Origin: Candidatus Limnocylindrales bacterium
GTDB lineage: Bacteria; Moduliflexota; Moduliflexia; Moduliflexales; JAUQPW01
Direction of reading: 5' to 3'
DNA: 64,000 bases
NCBI GenBank assembly: GCA_035559535.1
Contig: DATMBG010000021.1
Location: forward strand, 62,001 to 126,000
The notes under the pieces are model-generated. The model made no database searches. It was not told the origin of the DNA and saw nothing but the letters and a program-made list of their open reading frames with translations. Every line of letters begins with the position of its first letter. The first letter of the stretch is position 1. Position numbers and translations under genes: made by a program. Below are positions 61,102 to 64,000 of the stretch, in pieces.

Positions 61102-62997
61102 TCATAAAAAACCAACCTCTGAAAAACCCTTACGCCCGGATACTGGATCGTAGAGAAAACTATTTTTAAATTGCTCAGCATACAACCGGGCGTAAAGACC
61201 TTGCTGCCTCAAAAGTTCCTCATGATTCCCCATTTCCACAATTCTTCCTTCTTCCAGTACCACAATTCGATCGGCATTCATCACTGTGGAGAGTCGATGG
61301 GCGATAATCAAAGTCGTCCGATTTTTCATTAGCTTTTTCAGTGCATCTCGAATAAGATTTTCCGATTCAGAATCCAGGGCCGAGGTCGCCTCATCCAGAA
61401 TGAGAATTTTAGGGTCTTTTAAAAAAGCCCGGGCTAAGGCAATCCTTTGTTTTTGACCTCCGGATAACCGAATTCCCCTTTCCCCGACTTCTGTATGGTA
61501 TTGTTTGGGTAACGACATAATAAAATCATGGATATGGGCTGCTTTTGCGGCAGTTATAACTTCCTCTCGCGTAGCTTCCGGATTTCCCATCCGGATATTA
61601 TCGAAAAGGGTCCCACTAAAAAGGATATTCTCTTGCATTACCATCCCTATCTGTTTCCTGAGGGATTTTAAGCTTACCTGCCTGATATTCACCCCATCTA
61701 TGAAAACATCCCCCTCATGGGGATCATAAAATCTAGGGATCAGTTTAACCAGACTCGATTTACCTGCACCACTCCGCCCTACCAGAGCTAAAACTTCCCC
61801 CGGTTTTACCTGAAGATCGATTCCGCGAAGAACCCCTTTCTGTTTCTCATAGGCAAAGGAAACATTTTTGAAGACAATCTCCCCCTTCAAAATTTGGATA
61901 GGTCTGGCCTGTGGAACCTCTACGACTTCCGGTAAAATATCGAAAAATTCAAACACCCGTTCCATAGCGGCTAAAGACGTCTGCAACACGTGATTCAATT
62001 CCGTCAGGCGTTTGATAGGATCGTATAATTGCCTTAAATAAACATAAAAGGCCACAATAGCCCCTGGAGAAAGGCGACCCTCTAAAACCAATTTACCCCC
62101 ATAGCCTAGAACAATGACCGGCGCAATGGAGGTGAGAAAATCGGTCAGGGTATTGGAAGCAGAACTGTATAAAACTTTTTGAATAACAAGCCTGAAATAT
62201 TCTTTGCTTTTGTGAAAAAAATTCCGTGCCTCAGCATGCTCTCGGGTAAAAGCCTGGACCACTTCGATTCCGGCGATTTTTTCATGCAGGTCTCCGCTGA
62301 TTTCCTCTATTTTGGAATGCTCGATATGGGTTAAGGTTCGCAGTTTCCGGCTAAAAAAGATCATGGAAGGGATATACAACGGAAAGATGCTCAGAGATAC
62401 CCAGGCCATGTGGGGATTCAGGTAAAAAAGAATAGTTAAATTCGTTATCAAGGAAGTGATATCCATAAGAACATTGGTAATCGCGGAACCCACAAAACTT
62501 TGGGCGACCTGGATATCGTTGATGATCCGGGTTACGACACTTCCTGTTTGGTGGCTTTGATAGAATCCCAGGGAAAGGCGTTGGAGGTGAAGATAGAGTT
62601 GGTAACGAAAATCGAAAATGATTCGCTGACCCACTTTACCGGCCCAATAACTGCGACCGAAAGTAGCCAGGGCATAGATCACATAGACAAAAACCAATCC
62701 CCAGACAATAATAAGTAAAGTTCGAAACTTCTGAGAGGTATCCCGGTTGGGATTGATAAGGACCTCATCGATCAGGACTTTAAACGTCCAGGGAAAGACA
62801 AGAGGAATATTATAACGGATAACCCCGCAAACCGTCATCAAAATAACGAGATGTTTATAGGGGGCTACAAATTTCCAGAATCGACGAAGAGGACCGGCTG
62901 AGGTAGTTTTATCTTGCCTGCCTTTGGATAGATCCGGATTCCAGTGAAAAGTAAAATACCTGTGACGATTTTTTCCCCTACAATTCCCTAGAGCCAT
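61102..62997 (-). CDS. ABC exporter, fused permease/ATPase (MsbA/Sav1866-like)
   Basis: TM domain; GRSGAGKS, LSGGQKQRIALAR, DEATSALD, IAHRLST. Confidence 0.93.
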   Translation of the reverse strand: MALGNCRGKNRHRYFTFHWNPDLSKGRQDKTTSAGPLRRFWKFVAPYKHLVILMTVCGVIRYNIPLVFPWTFKVLIDEVLINPNRDTSQKFRTLLIIVWGLVFVYVIYALATFGRSYWAGKVGQRIIFDFRYQLYLHLQRLSLGFYQSHQTGSVVTRIINDIQVAQSFVGSAITNVLMDITSLITNLTILFYLNPHMAWVSLSIFPLYIPSMIFFSRKLRTLTHIEHSKIEEISGDLHEKIAGIEVVQAFTREHAEARNFFHKSKEYFRLVIQKVLYSSASNTLTDFLTSIAPVIVLGYGGKLVLEGRLSPGAIVAFYVYLRQLYDPIKRLTELNHVLQTSLAAMERVFEFFDILPEVVEVPQARPIQILKGEIVFKNVSFAYEKQKGVLRGIDLQVKPGEVLALVGRSGAGKSSLVKLIPRFYDPHEGDVFIDGVNIRQVSLKSLRKQIGMVMQENILFSGTLFDNIRMGNPEATREEVITAAKAAHIHDFIMSLPKQYHTEVGERGIRLSGGQKQRIALARAFLKDPKILILDEATSALDSESENLIRDALKKLMKNRTTLIIAHRLSTVMNADRIVVLEEGRIVEMGNHEELLRQQGLYARLYAEQFKNSFLYDPVSGRKGFSEVGFL

Positions 62998-63341
62998 ACT
63001 TATCCTTACTCCCCTTTTTAACTTCTCAAAGCTTACTTCTGAACCTGGCTAAGTAGAGAACAGACCCGGGTCCCAGAAGTACAACCTAAGAATCATGAAT
63101 AACCCTCCTCATGGGTCAGCTACGAAGCCATCTTTGATAGCCTCCATTCTTTATCAAGGTAAAAAATAATCAACTCTCTTCTACTTAGAAGATTTTTTTA
63201 GAATATTTTTTAAAGATGAGGAGGGATTAAGGGGAAGGAGCTTTCCGTTTCAAGATGAAACAACTCCGACCGGGTCCTTGTTTCAGGCAGGCACTGGGGA
63301 GCAAAGAATGTTGTAGGAAATCCAACTTTCTCTATTCCTTT

Positions 63342-64000
63342 TTATTTATCTCCATAACTATAATAGGAAGAATAATAGTAATAATAGTTGTAGTAATATC
63401 TTTCTTTTTTCAAATCCACGGAGTTTAGAACAACTCCAACAATCCGGGCATTGACCGTTTCCAACTGGTATCTGGCTCTTAAGATCATATCCCGGCTGGT
63501 TTTATTAGCCAGAACAACCAAAAGCACATTGCCGACCAGAGAAGACAAAATAGCTGCATCGGCTAGGGAGGTAACAGGGGGGGAGTCCAACAAAACCATA
63601 TCAAAACGTTTTTGAACGAGCTTAAGAAAATCCTGCATCTTTTGGGAACTCAATAATTCTGAAGGGTTAGGAGGGATTAAACCACAAGTTGCAACCCAGA
63701 GGTTATTCACTCGCGTAGCCTGATAAATTTCATCGGGTTCCACAGTTCCTACCAGCATGTGGGTTAAACCCTTGGTATTGTTAAGTCCAAACAAGTGATG
63801 AAGAATCGGACGACGTAAATCGGAATCTATCAGAAGCACTTTATTCTGGGCCAGGGCAAAAGTAATTCCCAAATTCGCCACCGTCATAGACTTTCCCTCC
63901 TCAGGGACACTACTGGTAATTAATAAGGAACGAATAGGATGATCCGCCTGTGAGAAAGTAAGATTGGTCCGGAGAGTTCGATAGAATTCTGAGACTGCCC
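63342..64000 (-). CDS. BY-kinase (Wzc/CpsD/CapB) C-terminal region, partial
   Basis: Frame open to window end: EFYRTLRTNL..ITSSVPEEGKS, IDSDLRRP, PPNPSELL, DSPP, C-terminal Tyr cluster YYYNYYYYYSSYYSY. Confidence 0.92.
   Translation of the reverse strand, partial: AVSEFYRTLRTNLTFSQADHPIRSLLITSSVPEEGKSMTVANLGITFALAQNKVLLIDSDLRRPILHHLFGLNNTKGLTHMLVGTVEPDEIYQATRVNNLWVATCGLIPPNPSELLSSQKMQDFLKLVQKRFDMVLLDSPPVTSLADAAILSSLVGNVLLVVLANKTSRDMILRARYQLETVNARIVGVVLNSVDLKKERYYYNYYYYYSSYYSYGDK

Noticed and set aside
62998-63341. Riboswitch in the leader of the ABC exporter
   Set aside because: No recognisable aptamer consensus or convincing nested structure
63342-63400. TAR-rich low-complexity run
   Set aside because: It is the normal tyrosine autophosphorylation cluster of BY-kinases

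Overview
Bacterial chromosomal window of moderate GC content. Type IV pilus, GT4 and Wzc-like genes suggest a diderm organism, but the lineage cannot be assigned from sequence alone. Housekeeping blocks are asd-lysC, pilT-pilU, recN, rplM-rpsI-rpsB-tsf-pyrH-frr-uppS, rimI and icd-mdh. Accessory genes include treZ plus a glycogen-debranching enzyme (flanked by two gene remnants), a sugar ABC transporter, three GT4 glycosyltransferases, a radical SAM enzyme, an archaeal-type GlmU, a REC-GGDEF protein, an ABC exporter and a partial BY-kinase. I recognised no rRNA, tRNA, CRISPR array or intact transposase. Most notable: (1) a three-gene split-beta nitrile/thiocyanate-hydrolase-like operon with a hybrid active-site signature and no adjacent activator; (2) a PilB homologue with an MshEN domain but destroyed Walker A/B motifs, directly upstream of pilT-pilU; (3) 7-, 8- and 9-nt tandem arrays arranged as inverted pairs in many intercistronic spacers, some invading coding sequence, including a 27-bp-TIR MITE-like copy; (4) a protein with an ACP-like segment plus four FHA-like domains; (5) a 1502-aa lipase-PKD-beta-helix-FG-GAP surface protein; (6) a candidate structured RNA; (7) an orphan PaaA-like diiron protein behind a sigma54-type motif. 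All family calls come from motif recognition by eye; no database search was run.
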